Part shown: one piece after another, positions 49,696-59,600 of the stretch
Layout of the letters: each line of letters starts with the position of its first letter
Position numbering within the stretch: position 1 is the stretch's first letter
Assembly: GCA_036524155.1 (NCBI GenBank)
Contig: DATDCV010000045.1
Coordinates: 260-64,259, forward strand
DNA length: 64,000 bases
Direction of reading: 5' to 3'
From: Verrucomicrobiia bacterium
GTDB lineage: Bacteria > Verrucomicrobiota > Verrucomicrobiia > Limisphaerales > UBA8199
Translations under genes and position numbers: made by a program
Notes under the pieces: model-generated
Database searches by the model: none
What the model was told of the DNA's origin: nothing
The model's input: the letters and a program-made list of their open reading frames with translations, nothing else

Positions 49696-51219
49696 ATGAA
49701 AACCCTCGCCATCATTCTCGTGCTCGCCGCCTCCTACCTGGCCGCCCTGGGCCAGGGGCAGGTGCAGTTCCAGAACTACGTTCCGTCCACCACGCCAGCG
49801 ATCGATGCGCCGGTGTATTTGTACCATATGGGCGGCGCACGCCCGGATTATAGCAATCCCTTGTGGCGGGTCGCCTTGCTTGGCGGGCCAACCACGGCCA
49901 CCCCAGCCTCTTCAACGAACGTGGGTACGCTCAGCCAGTTGTATCATCCCACAATCACGAGCCTCACCTGGTTCAACTTCGGCATGGGCACTAATGCCGG
50001 CTATGCAGACGTTCGCACGAACGCTGCCAGGGTTGTCCCCGGTGTGGACTGGGGCGGCACCGCCCTGGTTCAAGTGGTGGCCTGGGAGGGCAACTACTAT
50101 GACTGGGCTGACGCCTACTCCTGGGCGGTGTCCGGCGGCCCTTATGTGCTCATTGGCATGTCAAACCCGCTGACTTTGAGGTTGCCCAACGGCCCTACGG
50201 ACGGAAACCTCACCTTCCTCTGGGGTTTGAACTCTTTCGCACTGGGGTGGGCTGGAGGTCCGTCCTTCTGGAGTTACACGGGACCAGCAGACCAAACAGT
50301 CAGTGCCGGCGATCCCGTAACACTAGCCGTTTCTGTCGATGCCTGGCCCGTTCCTGATTTCCAATGGTATTTCAATGGGGTTGCCCTCGCGGGAGCCAAC
50401 TCGAGTTGCCTCCAAATCCCGAGCGCCCAGCCGACGGACGCGGGCAGTTACTATGCAATTCTGACGGATCCCATGTTTTTGCTTTGGACTTACACCACTG
50501 GTGTCGCCACAGTGACAGTGCGGGTGCCCCCGGGTATCGCGTTACAGCCTCAAAGCCAGACGGCAGTCGCCGGCTCCGGCACCGTGTTTCGGGTAAGCGC
50601 GACTGGCGACGCGCCTTTGGGCTGCCAATGGTTCTTCAACGGCAGCACCCCGCTCGGCACGGGGACTTCGCTCAAGCTCACCGCGCTCGAATCCCGGAAC
50701 ATCGGCGCCTACACGGTGGTCGTCACCAATGTTTGGGGCGCCGTCACCAGCACGCCGGCGATGCTGAATGTGATTGCACCGGTGGACACGACCCGGGCCC
50801 TTGGTGTCGTTGGCACCGCCCAGAACGGGACCGCTATGAACCTGGAGACCGCCAGGCAATTATCCGGGGCGCCGAGCTGGCTACCGCTGGTCGAAAACGT
50901 GATGGCCGGAACCAACACCAGCCAGGTGTATGTCGATTGGCCCATGCAGCCGGCCCCTGACTTCCTGCGGCTTTACCGGGCATGGCAGACGAATGGTGTG
51001 AACCAGCCGCCGATGTTGAGCATCCACCTGGTTTCGGGGATCACGTTAACCGGAACCGCTGGCAGCTCGGTGCGCATCGATTACATCAACCAAATCGGCC
51101 CGACGGATGCCTGGGTGACGCTGGCGACTGTCCCGCTGACCAACACCTCGCAACTTTACTTCGACACTTCAGCCATCGGCCCGCCGCCGAGGCTGTACCG
51201 GCTGGTGTCGCCGCCGTAG
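49696..51219 (+). CDS. Secreted mosaic protein S1: signal peptide, GQVQF-N-domain, 2 Ig-like domains, common C-terminal domain
   Basis: MKTLAIILVLAASYLAALGQGQVQFQNY. FQWYFNG and CQWFFNG are I-set-like Ig motifs. Ends VRIDYINQIGPTDAWVTLATV...RLYRLVSPP. Confidence 0.88.
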   Translation: MKTLAIILVLAASYLAALGQGQVQFQNYVPSTTPAIDAPVYLYHMGGARPDYSNPLWRVALLGGPTTATPASSTNVGTLSQLYHPTITSLTWFNFGMGTNAGYADVRTNAARVVPGVDWGGTALVQVVAWEGNYYDWADAYSWAVSGGPYVLIGMSNPLTLRLPNGPTDGNLTFLWGLNSFALGWAGGPSFWSYTGPADQTVSAGDPVTLAVSVDAWPVPDFQWYFNGVALAGANSSCLQIPSAQPTDAGSYYAILTDPMFLLWTYTTGVATVTVRVPPGIALQPQSQTAVAGSGTVFRVSATGDAPLGCQWFFNGSTPLGTGTSLKLTALESRNIGAYTVVVTNVWGAVTSTPAMLNVIAPVDTTRALGVVGTAQNGTAMNLETARQLSGAPSWLPLVENVMAGTNTSQVYVDWPMQPAPDFLRLYRAWQTNGVNQPPMLSIHLVSGITLTGTAGSSVRIDYINQIGPTDAWVTLATVPLTNTSQLYFDTSAIGPPPRLYRLVSPP

Positions 51220-51449
51220 CGCGCAATGGATGAAGGGCCAAGGATGAAGAAGGTTACGGAAGAACGAAAGGACCTCCTCTCCCCGGCCCTCTCCTCCAGA
51301 GGAGGAGAGGGCGACGGCGGGCGGGGCTTATTCCCTTTCTGCGCCGGCAGATGGGAGGGAGAAAGCCGGTGCGAATTGGTCCCCCTCTCCGCCTTTGGGG
51401 GAGAGGGGACAGGGGAGAGGTGGCCGTCGAAAAACTGTTTACGCACTCT
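51220..51449. repeat. Conserved intergenic cassette (short form)
   Basis: ggttacggaagaacgaaaggacctcctctccccggccctctcctcc hairpin module plus the GEG hairpin (51381-51425). Shared with three other intergenic regions. Confidence 0.85.
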
Positions 51450-52964
51450 ATGAAAACTTTCGCCATCACTCTCGTGCTCGCCGCCTCCTGCCTGTCCGCG
51501 CCGGCCCAGGGGCAAGTGCAATTCCGGAATTATGTTTCGAACACAACGCCCGCAGTCGATGCGCGGGTGTCCCTCGGGGGCGCCTCAGGGCCTTTTCCTG
51601 ACTCGAGCAATACTGCCTGGCGCGCCGCGCTGCTCGGGGGGCCGACGACCGCGACACCGGCCTCCACGGAGGGTCCGGGCACGCTCAGCCTGTTGCACCA
51701 TCCCACGATAACGACCCTGACCTGGGTCAATTTCAGAAGCGGGACCACGCCCCCTGCGGCGGCCGGATACGTGAATTATAGCGCCGGCCCTGCTCGCGAG
51801 GTGCCGGGAGTGGATTGGGGCGGCACCGCACTGGTGCAGATGGTCGCGTGGCAGGGCCCTTATACGACATGGATTGATGCCTATAACGCCTTTCGGTGCG
51901 GCGTGTTCGATGCTCGCATCGGGTTCTCAAACCCGTTGACCTTGCGGTTGCCCTACGGTCTTACTGATACACGCTTTACCTATCTCTGGGGCTTGAATTG
52001 GTTCTCAATGGCAAACTTGAGTTCTCCCTACTTTAAGTATAACGGAGGACCGGACGATCAGACTGTGATCGCCGGCGATCCCGTCACACTGAGCGTTTCC
52101 TCGGAGGGATGGCCCGCTCCCGATATCCAGTGGTACTTCAACGGCAATGCCATCCCAGGGGCCAACGATGGTTCCTGGCAGATTCTGCACGCGCGACCTG
52201 AAGACGCCGGCGGTTACTTTGCGGTCATGTCGTGGTGCGGCGAGTACACCTCGCGTGTCGCGACTGTGACGGTTCGCTTGCCACCGGGCATTTCTGCTCA
52301 ACCGCAGAGCCAAACAGTGGCAGCCGGCTCGGGTACGCAGTTGCGCGTGAACGCCACTGGCGACGCGCCTTTGAGCTACCAATGGTTTTTCAACGGCAGC
52401 ACCTCGCTCGGCATCGGGACTTCGCTCAACCTCGCCTCGCTGCAACCGCAGGACTCAGGCGCTTACACTGTCGTAGTTACCAACGTCTGGGGAGCCGTCA
52501 CCAGCGCACCCGCGATGCTGAGTGTGGTTGCGCCCGTGCCCATGGCCCTGGCACCGGGCGTTGTTGTTCACGCGCAAAGCCAGACCTCCTGGAACCTGCA
52601 GTACGCCGACTCTTTTGCGCCCACCAACTACTGGATACCCATGGGCGAGATGTTCCTGGGGACCAACACCAGCCAGGTGCTTGTCGATTCGCCGCCGTTG
52701 CCGGGGGCGCAACGCTCCTACCGGGCGTGGCAGCAGAGCAGCACCAGTCAGCCGCCAGTCTTAAGCATGGAACTGGTCCCCGCGATCCGGTTAACCAACG
52801 CCGTCGGCAGTTCGGTGCGGATTGACTACATAAACCAGGTGGGGCCCATCGACGCCTGGGTGACGCTGGCCACGGTCACCGTCACTGGCACGTCGCAACT
52901 TTACTTCGATAAATCAGCCATAGGCCAGCCGCCGAGGGTGTACCGGGTGGTGACTCTCCCATAG
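51450..52964 (+). CDS. Secreted mosaic protein S2 (same architecture as S1)
   Basis: MKTFAITLVLAASCLSAPAQGQVQFRNY. IQWYFNG and YQWFFNG Ig motifs. Ends VRIDYINQVGPIDAWVTLATV...RVYRVVTLP. ORF 51351.. trimmed to ATG 51450. Confidence 0.88.
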   Translation: MKTFAITLVLAASCLSAPAQGQVQFRNYVSNTTPAVDARVSLGGASGPFPDSSNTAWRAALLGGPTTATPASTEGPGTLSLLHHPTITTLTWVNFRSGTTPPAAAGYVNYSAGPAREVPGVDWGGTALVQMVAWQGPYTTWIDAYNAFRCGVFDARIGFSNPLTLRLPYGLTDTRFTYLWGLNWFSMANLSSPYFKYNGGPDDQTVIAGDPVTLSVSSEGWPAPDIQWYFNGNAIPGANDGSWQILHARPEDAGGYFAVMSWCGEYTSRVATVTVRLPPGISAQPQSQTVAAGSGTQLRVNATGDAPLSYQWFFNGSTSLGIGTSLNLASLQPQDSGAYTVVVTNVWGAVTSAPAMLSVVAPVPMALAPGVVVHAQSQTSWNLQYADSFAPTNYWIPMGEMFLGTNTSQVLVDSPPLPGAQRSYRAWQQSSTSQPPVLSMELVPAIRLTNAVGSSVRIDYINQVGPIDAWVTLATVTVTGTSQLYFDKSAIGQPPRVYRVVTLP

Positions 52965-53502
52965 CGCGGAGCGAACAAAGAACCACGGATGAACACGGTT
53001 ACGGAAGAACGGAAGAGCCTCCTCTCCCCGGCCCTCTCCTCCAGCGGAGGAGAGGGAGGAAGCCGGGGCCGGCGGAAGAACGGGCTGCGGCTTCCGGTCT
53101 CCCTCTACCCGAACGCAAGAAAAGGAGAGAGCCGGCGCGTCTGGTTCCCCCTCTCCGCCTTTGGGGGAGAGGGGAAAGGGGAGAGGTGGCCCTTGCATTC
53201 TTGCGCAACCACGTTCATAAGGAGGGCGAAGCCCCCGTTCGACAGCACGGAAAGTGCGACCACTCAACAGCCCTGGGAACTCGGCCCTTGTAGGAGACGA
53301 CGTAAGGAGTCTCTAATCAAGACCAGCAGGTTCCGAGATTTGAGCGCCCTCGCCGTCGGGGAAACCCGAGAAAAGATCAGAGACTCCTTACGTCGTCTCC
53401 TACAAGCCGGAAAGCGAACGCTGTTCGCCGGGAGAGGGGGCCGTGGGTTTATGGAGCAGTCCTGGTAACTATGCGTGTTTTGAAAAATTGTCGATACTCC
53501 CT
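52965..53502. repeat. Conserved intergenic cassette (long form, 538 bp)
   Basis: Collinear with 60003..60528. Contains hairpin modules, the GEG repeat (53147-53191) and the 28-bp inverted repeat. Confidence 0.9.
53287..53406. other. Perfect 28-bp inverted repeat flanking a 64-nt spacer (hairpin RNA or invertible/mobile element)
   Basis: cttgtaggagacgacgtaaggagtctct (53287-53314) is the exact reverse complement of 53379-53406. Lies 97 nt upstream of the S3 start. Confidence 0.9.
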
Positions 53503-56370
53503 ATGAAAACTCTGTCCATACTTGTCGCCGGCGCGTTGGCGCTGGCTTTTACTCATACTGTCTCTGGGGCGCCCGGCGATCTGGATCCCGCTTTTGACAT
53601 CGGTTCCCGCATTAACGCCTGGGTCCGGGCGATTGCGGTGCAAAGCGACGGAAAGGTCGTGATTGGCGGGGATTTCACTACTGTGCATGGCGCGGTGCGA
53701 AACCGCCTCGCGAGGCTGAACGCGGATGGCCCGGTCGATAGCGGTTTTGAACCTGATGTCTCGGGCGAGACCATCGTAGGGTTGATCTTGGCCGGAGACA
53801 AAGTGCTCATCGCGGGGGAATTGGGAACGATAAATGGTGTGCCGCGCGCAGGGGTGGCGCGCCTGAACGCAGACGGTTCGCTGGACGCTTCGTTTGCGGA
53901 CGGGCTGGCGGATATGACGAACTCTGCCTATCGGGTCATCGCGCGCCAACCGGACGGCAAAGTGCTGGTTGGCGGCTTTCCTCGTTCGATTGGCAGCAGC
54001 GTCACCGATCTCCACAGGTTGAACCAGAACGGCAGCCTGGACCCTTCGTTCGCACCGGTGCTGACGGGGCCAAACCCGTGGATCGGAGCATTAGCAGCGC
54101 AGAGTGATGGCAAAATCCTGGTGGCCGGAACCTTCCAGGCGGTCAACGGCGTGGGCGCAACAAACTTCGCACGGCTCAACCCGGACGGCTCTTTCGACGG
54201 GTCCTTCACAAATGCTTTAGCTGGACGCGACGAGGAGCCAAAGTGCCTCGCGATTCAACCTGACGACAAAATCATCGTGGCGGGGTACTTTCTTTTGGGC
54301 CAGGTCCAATTGAGAGTCGTCCGCCTCAACCCGGACGGTTCGATCGACCATTCGTTTGCCGCGTCTGAGCCGGACGGCACGGTGTATTCCCTCGCATTGC
54401 AGCCGGACGGAAAGATCCTGCTCGGCAACAATGTCCCGCCTTGCTGCATGCGGTTGAACGCCGACGGAACAAAGGACACCGCGTTTCTGAACGGCCTGGC
54501 CGGACCGAATAGCAGCGTCATCGTCCTGGCCGCCCAACCTGACGGCAAAATCGTCATCGGCGGCTTTTTCGAGAGGGTCAACGACGTGGAGTGCACCCCC
54601 CTGGCCCGCCTGAATACCGACGGCTCGCTCGACACCTCGTTCCCTGAGGGCCCTCCGGGACCGAATTTCAATCTCACCGGGCTGGTGGTTCAGCCTGATG
54701 GCAAAGTGGTCATTGCCGGGTCTTTCTATTCGATTAATGGAGTCGCGTGCTCGAGCGTCGCGCGCCTTAACCCGGATGCCACAGTGGACCAAAGTTTTTC
54801 CCCGCCACCCGTTAGCACTCTCAATGAGACACGCTTGACCCTTCAACCTGATGGCAAAATCCTCGTCTATAGCTGGTACGGACTGAGCCGCATTAACCCC
54901 GATGGCACAGGGGATGACCGGTTCCTCGCCGGAACTTCCGTACCCTTGCACGGAATTGTTGCGGCGGTAGGCCTCCAACCCGACGGCAAGATCGTTGCCG
55001 CTGGCCGGATCCCGTCAGTCGGATCAATCGCCCGGGCTAACCTGGTTCGTCTGAACCCTGACGGTTCGCTGGACCTGTCCCTGGCTTGCAGCGTAGGGAA
55101 CGCCGACAGTTGGCTCCATGCCCTGGCCATTCAGCCCGATGGGAAGGTGCTTGTCGGCGGATGGTTTGACACCCTCAATGGAAAGCACAGGCCGTCCCTC
55201 GCCCGCGTAAACCGCGACGGTTCGAGCGATCCTTCATTCCTGAATGGCCTGGATGGGCCGAATGCAGTCGTCACCGCCATTCTTGTTCAACGAGATGGGA
55301 ACATCATCATTGGAGGGGAATTCACTGCTGTGAACGGCACGCCCGTCAACCGGATGGCACGCCTTCACGCCGACGGCTCGCTCGATGACACATTTGTCGC
55401 CGGCCTGAATGGCACGGTTTACTGCATGCGACTGCAGGGCGACGGCAAGGTGCTCCTGGGCGGCGGGTTTAGCGCCGTGAACGGCCTAACGGCCCATAAC
55501 ATCGCCCGGCTCAATCTCGACGGCTCGCTGGATCCCTCTTTCACGGTCAGCACGGATTATTCGGTGCTTGCCCTGGAACAGCAGCGGAACGGTAAGATTA
55601 TGATTGGCGGCCAATTCGACGTGGTAAACCAAACGCCCAATCGCTTTGTCGCCCGGCTCATGGGTGATTTCTCTGTGCCGTCGATTCTTACCCAACCGCA
55701 GTCCATGACGGTCGAGACCGGCGCCCCCTGCCGGTTTTCAGTGAGGCCCGCGGGGTATCTCCCGGTCGGTTACCAATGGTACTTCACCTCGCAGCAAACC
55801 ACTGCGCCACTCGTGGGCTGCACGAATGCGAGTCTTGAGTGGCCGTCAGCCAGCCCAGTTCTGGCCGGCGCTTACACTGTCGTTCTTACGAACGATGGTG
55901 GAGCCGTAACCAGCGCGCCGGCTATGCTGAGCGTCATTCCATCGGTTCAAAGAAGATCGGTTCCCGGCCTGAATGTGCGGGGCCAGCCTGGCGGAACCAT
56001 CCGCCTGGACTATGTTCCTCTTCTGGCGGATAACCCCGGTTGGGCTGTGTTCGGCACGGTTGAGATGGCTACCGCTTCGCAGTGGTGCTTCGACACCGAG
56101 ACGCCGCTGGCGGCTGCGCGGTTTTACCGCGCCTGGCAGCCCACCGATCCGGTCAACCCCCCGGCCATTGACCTGCGGCTCGTCCCGGCGATTACGCTCA
56201 GCGGCTCGATCGGCAGTTCGGTGCGCATCGATTACATCAACCAAATCGGCCCGACCGATGCCTGGGTGACGCTGGCGACCGTCACGCTCACCAACACTTC
56301 GCAGGAGTATTTCGATACCTCCGCCGTAGGCCAGCCGGCGAGGGCGTACCGGCTGGTGACTCTTCCATAG
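53503..56370 (+). CDS. Secreted mosaic protein S3: signal peptide, ~14 delta-60/DUF5122 beta-propeller repeats, Ig-like domain, common C-terminal domain
   Basis: Repeats of ...ARLN(A/P)DGSLD.SF...QPDGKI(L/V)(V/I)GG.F..VNG. YQWYF Ig motif. Ends VRIDYINQIGPTDAWVTLATV...RAYRLVTLP. Trimmed to ATG 53503. Confidence 0.9.
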   Translation: MKTLSILVAGALALAFTHTVSGAPGDLDPAFDIGSRINAWVRAIAVQSDGKVVIGGDFTTVHGAVRNRLARLNADGPVDSGFEPDVSGETIVGLILAGDKVLIAGELGTINGVPRAGVARLNADGSLDASFADGLADMTNSAYRVIARQPDGKVLVGGFPRSIGSSVTDLHRLNQNGSLDPSFAPVLTGPNPWIGALAAQSDGKILVAGTFQAVNGVGATNFARLNPDGSFDGSFTNALAGRDEEPKCLAIQPDDKIIVAGYFLLGQVQLRVVRLNPDGSIDHSFAASEPDGTVYSLALQPDGKILLGNNVPPCCMRLNADGTKDTAFLNGLAGPNSSVIVLAAQPDGKIVIGGFFERVNDVECTPLARLNTDGSLDTSFPEGPPGPNFNLTGLVVQPDGKVVIAGSFYSINGVACSSVARLNPDATVDQSFSPPPVSTLNETRLTLQPDGKILVYSWYGLSRINPDGTGDDRFLAGTSVPLHGIVAAVGLQPDGKIVAAGRIPSVGSIARANLVRLNPDGSLDLSLACSVGNADSWLHALAIQPDGKVLVGGWFDTLNGKHRPSLARVNRDGSSDPSFLNGLDGPNAVVTAILVQRDGNIIIGGEFTAVNGTPVNRMARLHADGSLDDTFVAGLNGTVYCMRLQGDGKVLLGGGFSAVNGLTAHNIARLNLDGSLDPSFTVSTDYSVLALEQQRNGKIMIGGQFDVVNQTPNRFVARLMGDFSVPSILTQPQSMTVETGAPCRFSVRPAGYLPVGYQWYFTSQQTTAPLVGCTNASLEWPSASPVLAGAYTVVLTNDGGAVTSAPAMLSVIPSVQRRSVPGLNVRGQPGGTIRLDYVPLLADNPGWAVFGTVEMATASQWCFDTETPLAAARFYRAWQPTDPVNPPAIDLRLVPAITLSGSIGSSVRIDYINQIGPTDAWVTLATVTLTNTSQEYFDTSAVGQPARAYRLVTLP

Positions 56371-56645
56371 CACGCAGAGAACAAAGAATCACGGATGAAC
56401 ACGGTTACGGAAGAACGAAAGGGCCTCCTCTCTCCTAAGGGCGGTGGGGGCGCGGAATGGAAAGCCGAAGCCCGAAATCCGAAATCCGAAACCCGAAAGA
56501 AATCCGAAGGCCGAGATCCGAACAGCACTGAAGGCGCCGCAACTGGTTCCCCCTCTCCGCCTTTGGGGGAGAGGGGACAGGGGAGAGGTGGCCCTGGAAG
56601 GTTTGTGGTCCTCATAAACGTTAAACTAAACAGTCGATACTCCAT
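56371..56645. repeat. Conserved intergenic cassette (short form)
   Basis: Starts cacgcagagaacaaagaatcacggatgaacacggttacggaagaacgaaagg, near-identical to 60003-. GEG repeat at 56549-56593. Confidence 0.85.
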
Positions 56646-59600
56646 ATGAAGACTCTTCCCACCGCGCTCGTGCTCGGCGCCTCCTGCCTGGCCGCACTGG
56701 GCCAGGGACAGGTCCAGTTCAGGAACTACTCCTCCACCACAACGCCGACAATTAACGCGCCGGTTTATCTCGACGGCGGAATACCGGGCCAATTCGCCGA
56801 CAGCAGTTGTCGCGCGGCGTTAATCGGCGGGCCAACCACGGCCACGCCGGCGTCGCTCGACAGCGCAGGCACACTCCCGATGCTTTACAATCCAACGATA
56901 ACGACTCTAACCTGGGTTACTTTCCGCGACCCACCTAACGCCGGTTACGTGAACACCGCGAACGCTGCGCGGCTGGTGCCGGGCGTCGATTGGGGCGGCA
57001 CCGCCCTGGTGCAGATGGTCGGTTGGAAGGGGAACTACAATACCTGGGCGGAGGCTTTTGCCGCCTGGCAAGGGGGGGACTTGACTGTGCTGATCGGCTT
57101 CTCAGAGCCGCTGGTCCTGAGGCTGCCCACCGGTCCGACTGACTCCTATCTTACCTATCTCTGGGGATTGAAACCGTTTACCATCGGCGGCGGCTGCCTG
57201 GGCCCCTATTTTATGGGCTTCACGGTGGTGCCGGTGAGCCAGACGGTAAACCCGGGCGAGTCAGTCACCTTCTCTGCGGGCGCTCAGGCGTGTCCGTACC
57301 CCGTCTTCCAATGGTACTACAATGGCTCTCCGATCGCCGGGGCAATCCAAAGTCACTACCAGATTGCGTCGGCTCAACCTTCCGACGCCGGGGACTATTA
57401 CGCCATTTTGTCAGGCGCGGGGTGGGGCTTACGGACCAGCCCAACGGCCACGCTCGCTGTGCGGCCTTACTCACTGAGCTTTATCCAGCAACCCTCGAGC
57501 CAAACCGTAGCGGCGGGCCAGGCAGTGGATTTCCGAGCGGTCGCCGGGGGAGCTGTTCCCATGTTTTACCAGTGGTTTTTCAATGTCACGAATGCCATCA
57601 GCGCGGCGACAAATTCTATTTTGCATTTGCCGGCGGTGTATTTCCCGCAATCGGGCACGTACGAGGTCGTGGTCAGCAACGCCGTCGGCGCCATAACCAG
57701 TTCCCCGGCCCTGTTGACAGTGCTGGATCCTTACATTTCCAGGCAGCCAAACGATCTGTCACTCCGTGCCGGCCAAACAGCATTTTTATCGGTTGACGCC
57801 GGAGGCTCGCCACTGCTGAGCTGTCAATGGCTGAAGGATGGCGCGTTATTGAGCGATGGCGGCAACCTGTCAGGCGCACGTACGCCCGTCTTAACAATCT
57901 CGAACGTTCTGGGCGCGGACGCCGGAGGTTACGCGGCATGGGTCAGCAATCTCTATGGCGCGGCCACCAGCGCGGTGGCGCGCGTGACGGTGCAGGATCC
58001 GTTCATCACCAGCCAGCCCGTCGGCCAGCGGGTTAATGAAGGTGACGACGTGGTCTTCAGTGTCCAGGCGGGCGGCACAGCGCCGCTCGCGTTCCAATGG
58101 TTGAAAGATGGGGTGCCCCTGGCCGACGAGCTCAACGTGTCCGGGTCACACACCGCCACCCTCACGCTGAAGTCGGTGGATAGCACCGACCAGGGCGCCT
58201 ACCGGGTGATCGTCAGCAATCGTTTCGGTATGTTGTCCAGCGCAGACGCGACGCTCGCCGTAGGTCCTCAAGTCAGTTTCGCGGTGTTACACACTTTCAC
58301 GGGGGCCGATGGCAATGAGCCGTCGCCGAATCTGTTTGTGTCGGGCTCGACACTCTACGGAACTACCATCAACGGCGGCTCAAGCGGAGGAGGGACGGTT
58401 TTTAGGCTCAACACGGACGGCAGCGGCTTTGCGGTTTTGAAGAATTTTCCCGTCGGCACGGTCGAGCAAGGAGCGTTTGGAGGGGTGGTTCCCTCTGGCG
58501 GAAGGTTATACGGGACGACCTGGGGGGATGGCACTCCGTCGGGCTGCGGCACGGTGTTCGCCCTGAACACCGACGGCAGCGGTTATTCCGTCCTGCACCA
58601 GTTCACCGGCGGCGATGGCCGTGAGCCTATGGGCAGCTTGCTGGTCCGGGACGGGATGCTCTTCGGGACGACTTATGAAGGGGGCACCTCATACGGGACG
58701 CTATTCAGGATGGACACGAACGGCCAGAGCCTGACAGTCCTCCACAATTTCACCGGCAACGACGGCGCGTATTCCCACTCGGGCCTGGTGGCCTCAGGCA
58801 GCACGTTGTACGGGACCACTGCCAGCGGTGGCAGCTCATTTAGCGGCCTGGTGTTCCGCATGGAGGTCGATGGCAGCGGCTTCGCGGTCCTGAAGGAATT
58901 TGGCGCTGACGGCGGATGGCCGAGTGACAAGTTGGTTCTGTCCGGGCCAACTTTGTACGGCACCACGCGCTACGCCGGCCAAGGCTGCGGTTCGGTGTTC
59001 AAGCTCAACACCGACGGGACAGGATTCACAGTGCTCAAACAATTCACGACCAATGACGTGGGAATCGATCCCTGGGACGGTCTGGTCATCAGCGGCAGCA
59101 CGCTTTATGGAAGCTTGTTGGGGGGCACTGTGGGCATTGGAGCTGTCTACAGGGTCGGCACTGACGATGCGGGTTACACCGTCTTGAAGACCTTCAGCGG
59201 CGGCAGCGATGGGGCTCGTCCCTATGCGCTCGTCTTGTCTGGCGATACCTTGTACGGGGCAACTCAAATGGGCGGCGCCTTGAACCACGGCGTTATCTTC
59301 TCGATGTCCGTAGCTGGGCCGAGCGTGCTGTCGCCGCCCGTCAGTCAGACCGCAGAAGCGGGCACTGCGGTGGCTTTTCGGGCCCGGGGCCGCGGCGGTT
59401 CCTCACTGACTTACCAATGGCTGTTCAACGGCACTAACTTAATCGGAGCCACGTCCACCAACGCACTGCTGCGACTTCCGGCGGTCCAATTCGCCGACGC
59501 TGGCTCTTACTCGGTAATTCTCAGTAACGTTTATGGTTCGGTAACGAGTGCGCCCGCCATGCTGAGCGTCATTTCGCGCGTGGAACGGCGGCCGGTGGCG

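Noticed and set aside
52989-53468. Conserved 'MNTVTEERK..LLSPALSS.GGEG...' ORFs inside the intergenic cassettes (52989..53468 and 60027..60509, with shorter versions at 51226..51453 and 56395..56649).
   Set aside because: They read straight through hairpin repeats and a perfect 28-bp inverted repeat. The module order differs by insertions and deletions between copies. The short versions share only the first ~20 codons. The conservation is better explained at the DNA/RNA level. Ribo-seq or proteomics could overturn this.
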